A DNA stretch of 64,000 nucleotides from Candidatus Doudnabacteria bacterium (GTDB taxonomy: Bacteria > Patescibacteriota > Doudnabacteria > UBA920): contig CAWINB010000001.1 of NCBI GenBank assembly GCA_963837465.1, forward strand, positions 501,646-565,645, written 5' to 3'. The position numbers and the translations under genes are program-made. Within the stretch, counting starts at the first letter, position 1; the number at the start of each line of letters is the position of its first letter. The notes below the pieces were generated by a model. The model searched no databases, had not been told where the DNA came from, and worked only from the letters and a program-made list of their open reading frames with translations. This document shows, piece after piece, positions 15,344 through 25,134 of this stretch.

Positions 15344-17230
15344 CTACTGCGCGGCTTTGAGCGCGACAAGAGCGACAGCGGTTGGATTATTCCACGACCC
15401 GACTGTGAAGACCTCGTCACACAACTCCACCGCATACTTCGGATTTCCAGAAGCCGAAACGATGCCTACCACCTTCACATTTTTATCGTGGGCGATGGCA
15501 TACACCGACGGTGCCGGAAAACCACTATCCAAGAAATCCCCGAACACCATTATGGTAGTATTCGGCAGGGCCTGGCGGATAGCCAGTTCAAGCCCTCGAG
15601 CATAGGAAGTACCAAAACCCGGCTGCAGCATAAGAATGCCGTCAATAACGACATCTACATCTGACTCCGGAGTCGGAACAACCACAGCTGGATGATCAGC
15701 GAACACCGTCAACCCAAAGGTTGCGCCCTTGGGTCCGTAGTAAAGAGCAGTGGCTTGTGCCGCAGCCATTGCTGACTGCATCCTGCCCTCGTGCCCCATA
15801 GAACCGCTCGTGTCAAACACGAACAGCAGGTTTGGAGCGTCGGTGCTCACGCGCTTTTGGCGAATTTCGGCGAGGTCGTCAACCGCGCCGCCACTTGCCA
15901 AGGCTTCCTCCATTGTCCGAAGCTCGTCTAACGGAGCTTCAAAGTGGAGACCGCGAAGCAAGTCTACCTGCTCGCCAGCACGGCTCATTGTCTGCGCCCC
16001 GTCTTCCACCTCGTCAAATTGTGAGATAGCTTTAAGAGCGCTTAAATGAGATATGCCTTTGAGCAATCGGTATTCAGGTCCGCCGCGAACTCGATGCTGG
16101 GGAGGGATGGTTGTCCACCGCTCCAACAACTCGATTCGCTTTTCGCCGCTAAGTCCGCGCAAGAGTGGCATCATCTTCACCAACTCCTGTGGGATATCCG
16201 CCGAAATACTTAGCTCGGGCATTCCGTCGCCCTTGCCACCTAAGGCACCGCCGCTAGTCGCCGCACCCGTTTCCGGACTCGGAGAATCTAACTGCACTGC
16301 CTGTTTGATGACTTCGGGTTTCTCGGATTGCACTATTGCCTTTTGACCTCGGACCTTAGCTTCAAAGCTGCCGTCCAGAGCCTTCAGGTCAAACCGTGCC
16401 TGCCCTTGGCTGTTGGCGAGTTCCTGCGAAATTTCACCTGCGGTCTTAATTCCATCCGCAGTCAGAAATTCCTTTGTTGGATCAGAACCAAGTAACTTGG
16501 CTAAGCTCGTGGTGTTAACCACGGCTTTGCCTTGTCCCGGCTCTTTCGCAGGATTTTGCTTTTGCCCTTGCGAGGAAGATTGAGACGAGGTTGAACCTTC
16601 AGCCTGATTTTGGTCTTGATCAGCTTGCGCCGAACTTTGACCTTTACCAGACTTAGGCTGTCTTCTCGACTCCCGGCGAAGACTGGCACAAAAAGATTCT
16701 GTGCTAAAATCAGTATCGCCATTTTCTCCCGAACCACTTTGCGTCGATGGTTTTCCAGGCTTGCCCGACTGTGAAGTGGGTTTGCCTTGGGAATCAGACT
16801 GGGACTGTTTGTCGCCCCCACCTTTCTCGGATGAAGGCTGTGGCTGTCCCGAATCTGAAATCTGACTCTCTACTTCTGCTTGCGCATAGGCTGAATCAGA
16901 CTTTTCATCTTTTTGGTCGCTGCTGTTTGCCTCCGAAGGTTCGCCGGAATTTTCCTGCTGGTTTTCGCCTTCTCCTTGTTCAGGATTAGTTTCATCCGCA
17001 GGATTATCTTCCGATTCCTCTGAAGACTCTCCGTCCGGGCTTTGTGAGCCTGGGGGTGAATCATCATCCGGCGTTGCTCCTCCGGAGGCTGCTAAGGGCG
17101 GTTGGATGTTCCTCCGAACACCTCGTGAAGGATCTTCGTGATCCAAGTGTCGGCAGTTTCTCCGTTCATCGTAACGTCGGGCGTAATTTCCACCCGCCCA
17201 CGATACACACGGCAACCGACGCTGATGCAA
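15344..17230 (-). CDS. von Willebrand factor A (vWA) domain protein with long acidic/Ser/Gln-rich low-complexity N-region
   Basis: MIDAS motif LLFVFDTSGSMG. The N-terminal 138 nt overlap the upstream AAA+ gene, and the true start is uncertain. Confidence 0.7.
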   Translation of the reverse strand: MHQRRLPCVSWAGGNYARRYDERRNCRHLDHEDPSRGVRRNIQPPLAASGGATPDDDSPPGSQSPDGESSEESEDNPADETNPEQGEGENQQENSGEPSEANSSDQKDEKSDSAYAQAEVESQISDSGQPQPSSEKGGGDKQSQSDSQGKPTSQSGKPGKPSTQSGSGENGDTDFSTESFCASLRRESRRQPKSGKGQSSAQADQDQNQAEGSTSSQSSSQGQKQNPAKEPGQGKAVVNTTSLAKLLGSDPTKEFLTADGIKTAGEISQELANSQGQARFDLKALDGSFEAKVRGQKAIVQSEKPEVIKQAVQLDSPSPETGAATSGGALGGKGDGMPELSISADIPQELVKMMPLLRGLSGEKRIELLERWTTIPPQHRVRGGPEYRLLKGISHLSALKAISQFDEVEDGAQTMSRAGEQVDLLRGLHFEAPLDELRTMEEALASGGAVDDLAEIRQKRVSTDAPNLLFVFDTSGSMGHEGRMQSAMAAAQATALYYGPKGATFGLTVFADHPAVVVPTPESDVDVVIDGILMLQPGFGTSYARGLELAIRQALPNTTIMVFGDFLDSGFPAPSVYAIAHDKNVKVVGIVSASGNPKYAVELCDEVFTVGSWNNPTAVALVALKAAQ

Positions 17231-18267
17231 GTGTCCGGCGTGATGACTTCACTCCCCGAAAGGAGCGAATACACAGCCGACTCCTGCAACAAATCGATAT
17301 AAGAACGGGGGCCGGCAACTACCTTAAACTTTCCGGAGAAATCCGTAAAGTTAGGCAATTGCGTTTGCGTGAGCTTCGTCACCGTGGCGCAGCCACGGAT
17401 AATTTGCTCGTCTATATTGAGCAGCCCGCCGAGACCTTTCTCGGCAACGAAACTACGAACGGCCAAAAGGTCGGCCGGGTCGCAATGCGTGACGGACGGT
17501 AAAGTCCGTTTTGCACCGCTGCCAATTCGGCGGAGAACTTCCACGTCTTCGTCGATTGGGAGAAATCCCAGCTCGACAACCGACGTGAATCTGTCCTTTA
17601 CCGAAATCGGAATGGGTTGAGCACTCGGATCATACTTCTTGGTGTTAGCCGTAGCGAACAACGTAAAGTTGAGATCCTTCGTGCCAACACCTTCCACGGA
17701 CACCTGCTGTTCCTCCATGATTTGAAGGAGACCGAATTGTGCCCTTGCAGGCACTTTATCAATCTCATCAAAGTGGAAGAATCCAGGCATTCCTGTTACC
17801 GTGTCTGCGAGGAATGACCGGACGGTTTGAAGTGCGTTTACAAACTGCAAACGTCCTTCGCCATCGTATTCCGACTTCCGCCGAGAAAGAAATTCCTCGG
17901 GCGTCAAGTCGGAACGTCCCTGCACGCGGTCGTAAACCACGTGCCCACCGTTCATTGCGCCCACAAGCTTTGACGCACCCTTCATCAGGGTGGTCTTTGC
18001 GAGGCCCGGGGCGGAGAACACCAACAGGTGTCCCTTAAGCCCGAGAGCCCGACGGAACAGTGCGCAGACCAACGAGTCTTTCAACTCGCTGTAGCCCACA
18101 ACAATCTCGTCCAGTCCCGACCGCAAGGATCGGAACGAATCAACAACGTTCAGTAACTGTTTCATCTTTTTTCCTTTTTGCCCCGACTGCCTACCCAGCC
18201 GGAGCCAATTGAATTTGGTATACCGGCGGGTGTAGGCCCGCCAAAAGCAGAAAGGAACCCCGAACAT
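17092..18267 (-). CDS. MoxR-like AAA+ ATPase
   Basis: Walker A-like SAPGLAKTTLMK and Walker B FFHFDEIDK. It is paired with the downstream vWA gene. Confidence 0.7.
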   Translation of the reverse strand: MFGVPFCFWRAYTRRYTKFNWLRLGRQSGQKGKKMKQLLNVVDSFRSLRSGLDEIVVGYSELKDSLVCALFRRALGLKGHLLVFSAPGLAKTTLMKGASKLVGAMNGGHVVYDRVQGRSDLTPEEFLSRRKSEYDGEGRLQFVNALQTVRSFLADTVTGMPGFFHFDEIDKVPARAQFGLLQIMEEQQVSVEGVGTKDLNFTLFATANTKKYDPSAQPIPISVKDRFTSVVELGFLPIDEDVEVLRRIGSGAKRTLPSVTHCDPADLLAVRSFVAEKGLGGLLNIDEQIIRGCATVTKLTQTQLPNFTDFSGKFKVVAGPRSYIDLLQESAVYSLLSGSEVITPDTCISVGCRVYRGRVEITPDVTMNGETADTWITKILHEVFGGTSNRP

Positions 18268-18432
18268 AGGGGAAACTCACATATTATTTTTTACATAATA
18301 CACGAGTTAAACCAAATATTCAGTTGTCAAAGATCAATCTTGAGTGTTTCAACCCAAGCGCCAGGCGGCTCCTGTTAGGGCAACAGGGCTTTGTTCCCCC
18401 GGTGTCCACCTGGCGTTTAAGTTGAATAAGTC

Positions 18433-18478
18433 GGTCGGGAGAATAAAAGATTGTGCAAATCTTTTATTCTCCCACTCC
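18433..18478. other. perfect 16-bp inverted repeat within the intergenic region of the operon
   Basis: GGGAGAATAAAAGATT-gtgcaa-ATCTTTTATTCTCCC. No U-tract follows on either strand. Confidence 0.5.
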
Positions 18479-18581
18479 GAGTGCTAAACACCGAGATTCA
18501 CGCCTTGCTCGGTTTGGCGACAGGGTTCATGCCTTCTCCTCTATGGCGATCGGTTTTAAATAAAACCGGCAAAATTTTCTT

Positions 18582-18962
18582 TTAGTTTTTCACCTCCTGT
18601 TTTAACCGCTTGCGGAGTTGGGAAGCCAACTGGGCTTCTTGTTTCTTTAAAGCGGTTATAAACTCCCGACGGACATCGTGTCCGTCCGCCGCCGAAACCT
18701 GTTTGCGTTGTTTGAGACAACGTAACAGTTCGGTCAAGCGGTAAGCTTCTTCCGGCGTATCGGGGCCGGAAGCAACGAGCCGAACATCAGCGGCGAACTT
18801 TTCGGGCAACGTCACATAGAACGTAACGTTGCCGAGAGTGATGGCGGTTTTACCCTCGATGCTGACTTCAGAACCGGAGCTTTGCCCCGACTCTTCCATC
18901 ATATCGATTGGCTCGTCGCCATACTCTTCAGATAGAAGGTTTTGCCAATTGAAACTAGACAT
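18582..18962 (-). CDS. hypothetical protein
   Basis: 126-aa ORF whose start overlaps the helicase stop by 8 nt. No recognisable motif. Confidence 0.4.
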   Translation of the reverse strand: MSSFNWQNLLSEEYGDEPIDMMEESGQSSGSEVSIEGKTAITLGNVTFYVTLPEKFAADVRLVASGPDTPEEAYRLTELLRCLKQRKQVSAADGHDVRREFITALKKQEAQLASQLRKRLKQEVKN

Positions 18963-21081
18963 GGCTCACCTCCTGCGAAAGAGCAGACTCGGCAATCCGC
19001 CGGAATCGAGCCTCGGTGACACCGAGGACTCCGGCGACTTTGCCGCAGGTCCCGTTGGGCGGGAAGCCCGTTTGGGACCAGAGCGATTTAGCGATACAAC
19101 GGAGACTGGCGTCGTCAAACACCAACTCACTGTTTTCGCCTTCCTCGCTGATCGGCTTTGCGGCGCCGAATGTCGGGCCGCAGTTGCGGATGATGCGTTT
19201 GACCGCACTGCGCGGAAGGACGGAAGCCAGCTTTGCAGCCAGTTCCACCTGTCCGAACAGGAAACGATCAGCAACATCAGATTTGAATTGCCGCTGGAAT
19301 TCGTCGCTTGCGTTGTTGAAACGCAAGAACGAAAACGTAAGTTCCAGCAGTCGCGAGACGTAATCAACGAGCTCGCGAACAGCCCACGGCACTTTAACCG
19401 TGTAGGCTGTCATACCGAACGTGATCACTTGATCAACGATTTCGGGATCCATCTGCGCCTTATCCCGAAGGACATAGTTGGCGCAGACTTCGGTCAACCG
19501 CCGCACCCAGGTTTCGTATTCGGCGTTCTCGGAGCGACAAAGCTCCTCAATTGCCTTATACTCATCCGGATGCATTCCGAGCCGAGCCAGTCGTTGGCCT
19601 CGGTCGGTGAGCACGATCATCTTGCCGACGGGCATCGCGAATTGCTCCGCGATGAGCCGACGAATGATGCGCTCGAACTGCTCCACGAGTGGCTGGGTTT
19701 CAGCCAGCGTAGAGCCGAAGTAGGTTTGCCGGAGAAACCCAACGAGTTTCTGCGCCGACGTGTAACCGAGCTGCATAAGCCCGGCAACGTGCGACGTAAG
19801 AAAATACTCGTTGTAAAGGCGGCTTTCGATTTTGGAAGCCTTCTGTTTGAGCAGAGACTCCTGAATCTCAACCACCTCAATCTCTGAAGTTGCTACCACC
19901 CAGCCGTAGCCGATGGTATCAAACTGCGGACGGCCTGCTCGACCGAGAGCCTGCCAGAAACGGCTTGCAGAAATGAGCTGACGCTCACCGCCGCCTTCCG
20001 GTTCCTGATGGATGCTCTCGATGATGACGTGCCGGGCAGGGAGGTTAACTCCCTGAACCAAGGTCTCGCAGCACACCACGATTGGAAGTTTTCCAGCCAA
20101 CGCAAGCTCAAATACAAGCTCACGCTCTTGCTGGGAACATCCGCCGTGATGTAGACCGACACCTTTTGGCAACGTAGCCTTAAGTGTGGTCGTAAAGTCG
20201 CCTGCCTCGTTAGGCAAGGACTTCGCCGAAGTTTCCAGTTCGCTATTGCCGTAACCCAGCCTCTCGGCTAAGTGTTCGGCAATTTTTCTCGCCCGCTCCC
20301 GATAAGGAGTGTAGACGAGAATTGGAGACTGGTCGTCGTTGTCGCGGATGTAATCCACAACTTCGGCAACCCGCGCTTCCGTGTTGGCGAATCCGGACAA
20401 TTGGCGGTTAGCGAGACCCTTGTTACCCTCGGTAAAAGCGACGTTGGTAATTTCGTCTCCGTAGTCATTGACATCGGAATCGAAATGCACCACACGAGTC
20501 ACCAAGGGAACCGGACGAACGTCCGACTTGACCACCGCGGCGTTGAGCCAGGCGGCCAATTTCGGTTCGTCCTGTTCGTGAATGGTGGCGGAAAGCCCGA
20601 CGATTCGGACTTTCGGGTAGAGCTGACGCAATTTGGTAATGATCAGCTCGGTTTCCGGATCGAGATTGTGAATCTCATCCAGAACCACCATTGGGCAGTG
20701 ATGCCCGAAGTTGGGGTCGTTGTGGAGGATGACGCCGAGTTTCCACGGCGTTAGAACCCTCATCTGCGATGAACGGAAGCTGCCGATTGAGAGGGAATAA
20801 TCTTTATTTCCCACTCTCACGTTAGCCTCCGGAAACCGCTGACGGAGCCAGTCGGCCTTTTCAAAACACAAGGCACGAGTCGGCTCTACTACCACGCCCT
20901 TACCGGCGATTTCCAAGCCGGTGAATCCGGACTCGGTCTTGCCAGCGCCAGTCGGGGCGATAACTAGGATGTTTCGGTTGGTATCGCGCAACAGGTTTTC
21001 GGCCTGTTGCTGATACTCGTAGAGAGTGATGTTGGGTGTCATACTACTGCACCTCCTCGAGGGTTTTGAGACCCTCGCCAT
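18955..21081 (-). CDS. SF2 DExH-box helicase (Hel308/Ski2-like)
   Basis: Walker A APTGAGKTE, DEIH box (VVLDEIHNLD), SAT-like motif, and motif VI QALGRAGRP. Confidence 0.8.
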   Translation of the reverse strand: MARVSKPSRRCSSMTPNITLYEYQQQAENLLRDTNRNILVIAPTGAGKTESGFTGLEIAGKGVVVEPTRALCFEKADWLRQRFPEANVRVGNKDYSLSIGSFRSSQMRVLTPWKLGVILHNDPNFGHHCPMVVLDEIHNLDPETELIITKLRQLYPKVRIVGLSATIHEQDEPKLAAWLNAAVVKSDVRPVPLVTRVVHFDSDVNDYGDEITNVAFTEGNKGLANRQLSGFANTEARVAEVVDYIRDNDDQSPILVYTPYRERARKIAEHLAERLGYGNSELETSAKSLPNEAGDFTTTLKATLPKGVGLHHGGCSQQERELVFELALAGKLPIVVCCETLVQGVNLPARHVIIESIHQEPEGGGERQLISASRFWQALGRAGRPQFDTIGYGWVVATSEIEVVEIQESLLKQKASKIESRLYNEYFLTSHVAGLMQLGYTSAQKLVGFLRQTYFGSTLAETQPLVEQFERIIRRLIAEQFAMPVGKMIVLTDRGQRLARLGMHPDEYKAIEELCRSENAEYETWVRRLTEVCANYVLRDKAQMDPEIVDQVITFGMTAYTVKVPWAVRELVDYVSRLLELTFSFLRFNNASDEFQRQFKSDVADRFLFGQVELAAKLASVLPRSAVKRIIRNCGPTFGAAKPISEEGENSELVFDDASLRCIAKSLWSQTGFPPNGTCGKVAGVLGVTEARFRRIAESALSQEVSHV

Positions 21082-21823
21082 TCAGCACTCTCTGCGGCCC
21101 GCCAGCCTGAACCACCTCGCCTGGGAGAACATCCCGGAGGTTGATGAATTCAAACGAGCGAGCGTTGCCATTGTTTCCAATGGTGCGCCGAATGTGCTCG
21201 GCGCGAGCAAACGAAGAGACGCGGTCTTTCCGGCGGTCGTAGACCGTGATGCGATTGGCGATATCAATCGCCACCGCACCGGTCACCTCCCGTTCGGGAA
21301 GACTGCCGAGCATCACCACGACGTTGCCGCTGAACAGGACTTTATCTTGCTGTCCTTCCCAGCGAATATCGTAGCGGCTACCCGGCGTTGCAATCCACCA
21401 TACCCCGTTTTCATTCACCCCCTCAATTTTGGCGATAAACGCCGGTTGGGGGTTAATGATGGGCTCGGCTCCTTTCGGGCCGATGGTGAACCGCAGCTCT
21501 CCCTTCAGGTCTTTGACTTCGCCCGCGTCATGCGGGTAAAGACGAACCATCAGGTTGTCGCGCGACCGGCACTTCTTGCCGGTTCCGGCGTCGATGAAAT
21601 CGACGGCGGCCTCACTCTCCGCATGTAGCCGGTAAACTTCACCGGCCAAGGGGCGCTGACGATCGCGAATTTTCAGCTTTGACGGGAACATTCCCGCATC
21701 GCCGCTAATCGCAAACGTCGTCAGCTTCAGAACGTCCCCTGCCTTCATGTGCTGCGGGGGACACAAGCGGAGAGATTGAATCAGCTCCGCGGAAATCGTG
21801 ACAAAGGCTGTGTAGCGAGCCAT
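21044..21823 (-). CDS. hypothetical protein overlapping the helicase start, possible nuclease partner (HamA-like?)
   Basis: AAGGAG RBS 6 nt before the ATG. A possible PD-(D/E)xK arrangement (VDFID ... GEVKD). It overlaps the helicase gene by 38 nt. Confidence 0.4.
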   Translation of the reverse strand: MARYTAFVTISAELIQSLRLCPPQHMKAGDVLKLTTFAISGDAGMFPSKLKIRDRQRPLAGEVYRLHAESEAAVDFIDAGTGKKCRSRDNLMVRLYPHDAGEVKDLKGELRFTIGPKGAEPIINPQPAFIAKIEGVNENGVWWIATPGSRYDIRWEGQQDKVLFSGNVVVMLGSLPEREVTGAVAIDIANRITVYDRRKDRVSSFARAEHIRRTIGNNGNARSFEFINLRDVLPGEVVQAGGPQRVLNGEGLKTLEEVQ

Positions 21824-21843
21824 GACAACTCCTTACCCGAAAT

Positions 21844-21972
21844 TCAGACCCTCGGGACCGGGGGAAAGTAAGCCAATACTACGCCACCTTCGGCATTGAA
21901 CACTAGCCGGGGCGGATTATTTTTGAGCTGTTCCAAGGCGGCTTCAAAAGCCGTCTCGTCTTTCTCTTTCAT
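21844..21972 (-). CDS. possible small ORF (42 aa)
   Basis: Hand-translated MKEKDETAFEAALEQLKNNPPRLVFNAEGGVVLAYFPPVPRV, with an AGAGGTG RBS. Weak evidence. Confidence 0.2.
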   Translation of the reverse strand: MKEKDETAFEAALEQLKNNPPRLVFNAEGGVVLAYFPPVPRV

Positions 21973-22027
21973 GACACCTCTTGTCCGATATTTCCATTTG
22001 AACCGTCGGACTGCGGGTCAATGCCCT

Positions 22028-22942
22028 TTACTTTCCCTTTTGGGGATCGTATTGGACAAGCCTGCCTTCGGGAATTTTTACGCGGTCTTTATTGTTAACA
22101 TTGACCACGAAAAACCCCCGCTTCCTAGACTTGAAAGCTGTTTCGGGTGTTATCCCAAACAGGTCTGCCAAGGCCTTCCCGGGCTTTCCTTTTTCTTCTT
22201 CCGTCAGATATACAACCCCAACGGCAGTAAGTAGGCCAGAAGCTTTAAAGTCAGGATGAAACCACCCCAACCTCTTAGCTCTCCAAGCGGCACTGCGAGA
22301 AATGTTGTAGCCTTTCGACTTCAACTGCTCCCACAGTGGATCTAGGGAAAGTTGCCGTTCGGCTTCGGTTAGGATTATCCGACCTGCTTCATCAGCAGGT
22401 TTGGATTTGCCAGCCATAAGCCGTTTTAGGCCACGAGCCATATTGATCCGTTTGGTCTGGTTAGGATCGGTTCTCTCCTGAAAAGGAAAAATCTCCGGGT
22501 CTTCCCCAACCATTTCGCGACAGGCCGCAACCATAGACTTTATTTGCGTCAGGAGTGCCGTAAAGGCAACATCCTTTTCTTCCGCAAGCTCAGCCACAGT
22601 TGATCCGGTTAGCCATTCAAGAAAGAGCTTATAGGCATCTTCCCCAAAGGCTTCCTGGACTATTATGGCGACCAGCGACCAAAGTTCTTCAATAATCGCG
22701 ATCCTTTCGGGATTGCGAAAATCAGGAACATACTTGGCCTCGATGTCAGTAGGTCGCATATCATCAGCACCCGGCAGGGCGGAGAATTGCTTCTCACCCC
22801 ACAAAGCACCGACCCTATCCAACCGGTCTTCCAGCTGCTGGTCTTGGTAAAGAGCAGTGATTTCATCACTCCTCTTTTTCTGTTCGGCCAAAAGTTGCTT
22901 GCGTTGTTGGCGCAAGGTTTCTTTAACGTTTTGCAGCGTCAT
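22028..22942 (-). CDS. hypothetical protein, first gene of the higher-GC minus-strand cluster
   Basis: 304-aa ORF with the same elevated GC as the genes downstream of it. No recognisable catalytic motif. Confidence 0.45.
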   Translation of the reverse strand: MTLQNVKETLRQQRKQLLAEQKKRSDEITALYQDQQLEDRLDRVGALWGEKQFSALPGADDMRPTDIEAKYVPDFRNPERIAIIEELWSLVAIIVQEAFGEDAYKLFLEWLTGSTVAELAEEKDVAFTALLTQIKSMVAACREMVGEDPEIFPFQERTDPNQTKRINMARGLKRLMAGKSKPADEAGRIILTEAERQLSLDPLWEQLKSKGYNISRSAAWRAKRLGWFHPDFKASGLLTAVGVVYLTEEEKGKPGKALADLFGITPETAFKSRKRGFFVVNVNNKDRVKIPEGRLVQYDPQKGK

Positions 22943-24271
22943 TTTCTATCCTCCTTTCTTGAGCGTCAGGTTCTAAGACCTTAGTGCCCTGGAGGATGTG
23001 GACTCCACTATATATAGAGGCCATATCCTCCAAAGCATCGCTAAGAAAGAAGTTTGCACTATTGATTCTTTTTTTAAAGAACAAAATTTGGCAAAATAAA
23101 AACCCTGAAAAAGCTTCAGGGCTTAAATATTATTGCCAAACTTCAGACCACAATTATTTTATGGCCTAAAGAGTAGGGGCGAGAAAGTTGAGTAGACTTC
23201 TCGCCCGATTTGCACCGGGCTAAGTTTTTAGACTTGCTTCAGTGCGAGTGAGTGTAAGTTGGTTTCAATCCCTTCTAACGAGGACCTTATCTATGGCTCT
23301 GACTAACTAACATCAGAGTTGCAATTAAAACCATTGCTGCCAGCAAAGCAGCTCCTTGAAAGAATTAGGAATGATTCCAAAAAACTTCTTTCAAGATTGA
23401 GAACAAGAGAGTTTCAATCACTCGTCCGTCCGAAGACGGACTTGCCGTCTTCTCACCCAAAGGTGAGGACCGACCCCGAATGGGGCATTGATTGAGCTTA
23501 CTCTGCTGGCAGCGTGGTGGTTTTGTGATTTTGACTTAAACTTGCATCCCTGTAAATGGACAGTTTAGACTTTCACCAAACCACAACGCTGACAACAAAG
23601 ATCTTATTAGCTATTATCCCTCTTTAAAATTTAAATGAACTTTACGATAGTTCTCACTATGCCCTGTAAATATAGCAAGGACTGTTCCCCGCGTTTTCTA
23701 GAAATTTGGCCAATCGGACAGGTATCTTGGTTTTTGATATCTGATGATTTAATTGACCAACATTTTTTTGAAAATGCAGGGTGCACTCATTGCTAGGTAT
23801 CGGCAAGCGGCCAGAGGCGTCCCTCCTGTAAGGGACACCACTAAGCACTTTAATAACTTAACCGGCTTTAGCGGAAAGTCGCTCTTCCCAAATATTTCTA
23901 CTTGAGACGGGGATGTCTTTGGGGTTATTCACTCCCATCGCTATCCTTTAAGCAAGACTTTGTGATGTAAAGAACTAACTCTCCTCTGCACCGTCCCTTG
24001 CGGGACAGTGGTTTAATGGAGAGGAGACTGAAGGGGATGTTCCCGGTAAACTTCTATGGGCAAAGTTTATAAGGCTTCCCTTCATTCCTCTCTCCGTTAG
24101 CTATTTATTTGTTAAGGTGCTTTGCTTGGTTTTTTATGTTGACTAAACAGTATATACCTAAATACTCAAAGCGTCAATACTATGCTGATAGTAATATAGC
24201 CCATTTATGATTATGCCTATAAATAAATACCTATTTTTGGCTTATTTTCATATATAAGTGTCAGAATAGAC

Positions 24272-24300
24272 TTGACAACATTCTAAAAAGGGTATATAAT
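24272..24300 (+). promoter_or_regulatory. consensus sigma70 promoter
   Basis: TTGACA, a 17-nt spacer, then TATAAT, ending 24 nt before the 24325 ATG. Confidence 0.55.
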
Positions 24301-24324
24301 ACTAATATAATTAACATTATTACT

Positions 24325-25134
24325 ATGGAAATCCCAAATATCGCCAAATACTTAGAAATCTTTGAAAAATTAGGCCTAAATAAGAACGAGGCCCAAATTT
24401 ACGAGCTTTTGCTTAACTCCGGCCCATTAGGCGTAAAACCCATTCTTTTTAGAACAAAGCTAAAAAGAGGGAACGCTTACTATCATTTAGATAGCCTAAA
24501 AGCTAAAGGGTTAGTGGAAACTCAGACAGAGCGTGGTAAAACCATATTTATTGCCAAACACCCCGAACAGCTAGAGCTGCTTTTGGCACAACAAAAAGCC
24601 GCCTTAGCGGCGGCGGAAGAAGATCTGCATAAAACCTTGCCTGGCTTACGGAGTATGTTTCAACTAGCCACTACTAAACCGGGGGTAAAGTTCTTTGAGG
24701 GCAAGGACGGGATTATCCAAATTTACGAAACCTTGCTGGCACAAAGCCAAAGTATTGATAGTATAGAAGACAAAGGGGAGATGGTTGGTTTTTTTGCCGA
24801 TTATGTTAAGGAGTTTATTGCCAAGCGCATTAAGCAAAAAATCTTTAACCGGGTTATCGCGCCTTCTGCCAGCCCCATTAATGTAAGTTCGCCAAAGGAA
24901 TATAGGGAAGCTAGGTTGTTGCCAGCGGGGCAATTTCCTTTCCGCATGGATATTAAAATTGTCGGTAACTTGGTTTCTTTAATCTCTTTTCAAAAAGATA
25001 ACCCTGTAGGTATATTAATTGAAAATAAGGAAATCGCAGAAAACTACAAAATGCTTTTTGAATTGTTGTGGAAATTTCTTGAGCCGAAGACTGGGTTAAG
25101 AACCACGCCTGCTCAAACCTCAAGCGGCCAATAA
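24325..25134 (+). CDS. TrmB-family transcriptional regulator
   Basis: N-terminal TrmB wHTH (LGLNKNEAQIYELLLNSGPLGVKPI) and a C-terminal TrmB-like sensor region. Confidence 0.65.
   Translation: MEIPNIAKYLEIFEKLGLNKNEAQIYELLLNSGPLGVKPILFRTKLKRGNAYYHLDSLKAKGLVETQTERGKTIFIAKHPEQLELLLAQQKAALAAAEEDLHKTLPGLRSMFQLATTKPGVKFFEGKDGIIQIYETLLAQSQSIDSIEDKGEMVGFFADYVKEFIAKRIKQKIFNRVIAPSASPINVSSPKEYREARLLPAGQFPFRMDIKIVGNLVSLISFQKDNPVGILIENKEIAENYKMLFELLWKFLEPKTGLRTTPAQTSSGQ

Noticed and set aside
15323-20754. Many long plus-strand ORFs inside the higher-GC cluster (for example 18829-19887 at 352 aa, 20272-20754, 15750-16049, 17044-17502)
   Set aside because: They lie antisense to minus-strand genes that carry strong catalytic motifs (helicase, AAA+, vWA). 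High GC suppresses stop codons. They have no motifs or RBS support and were treated as shadow ORFs.
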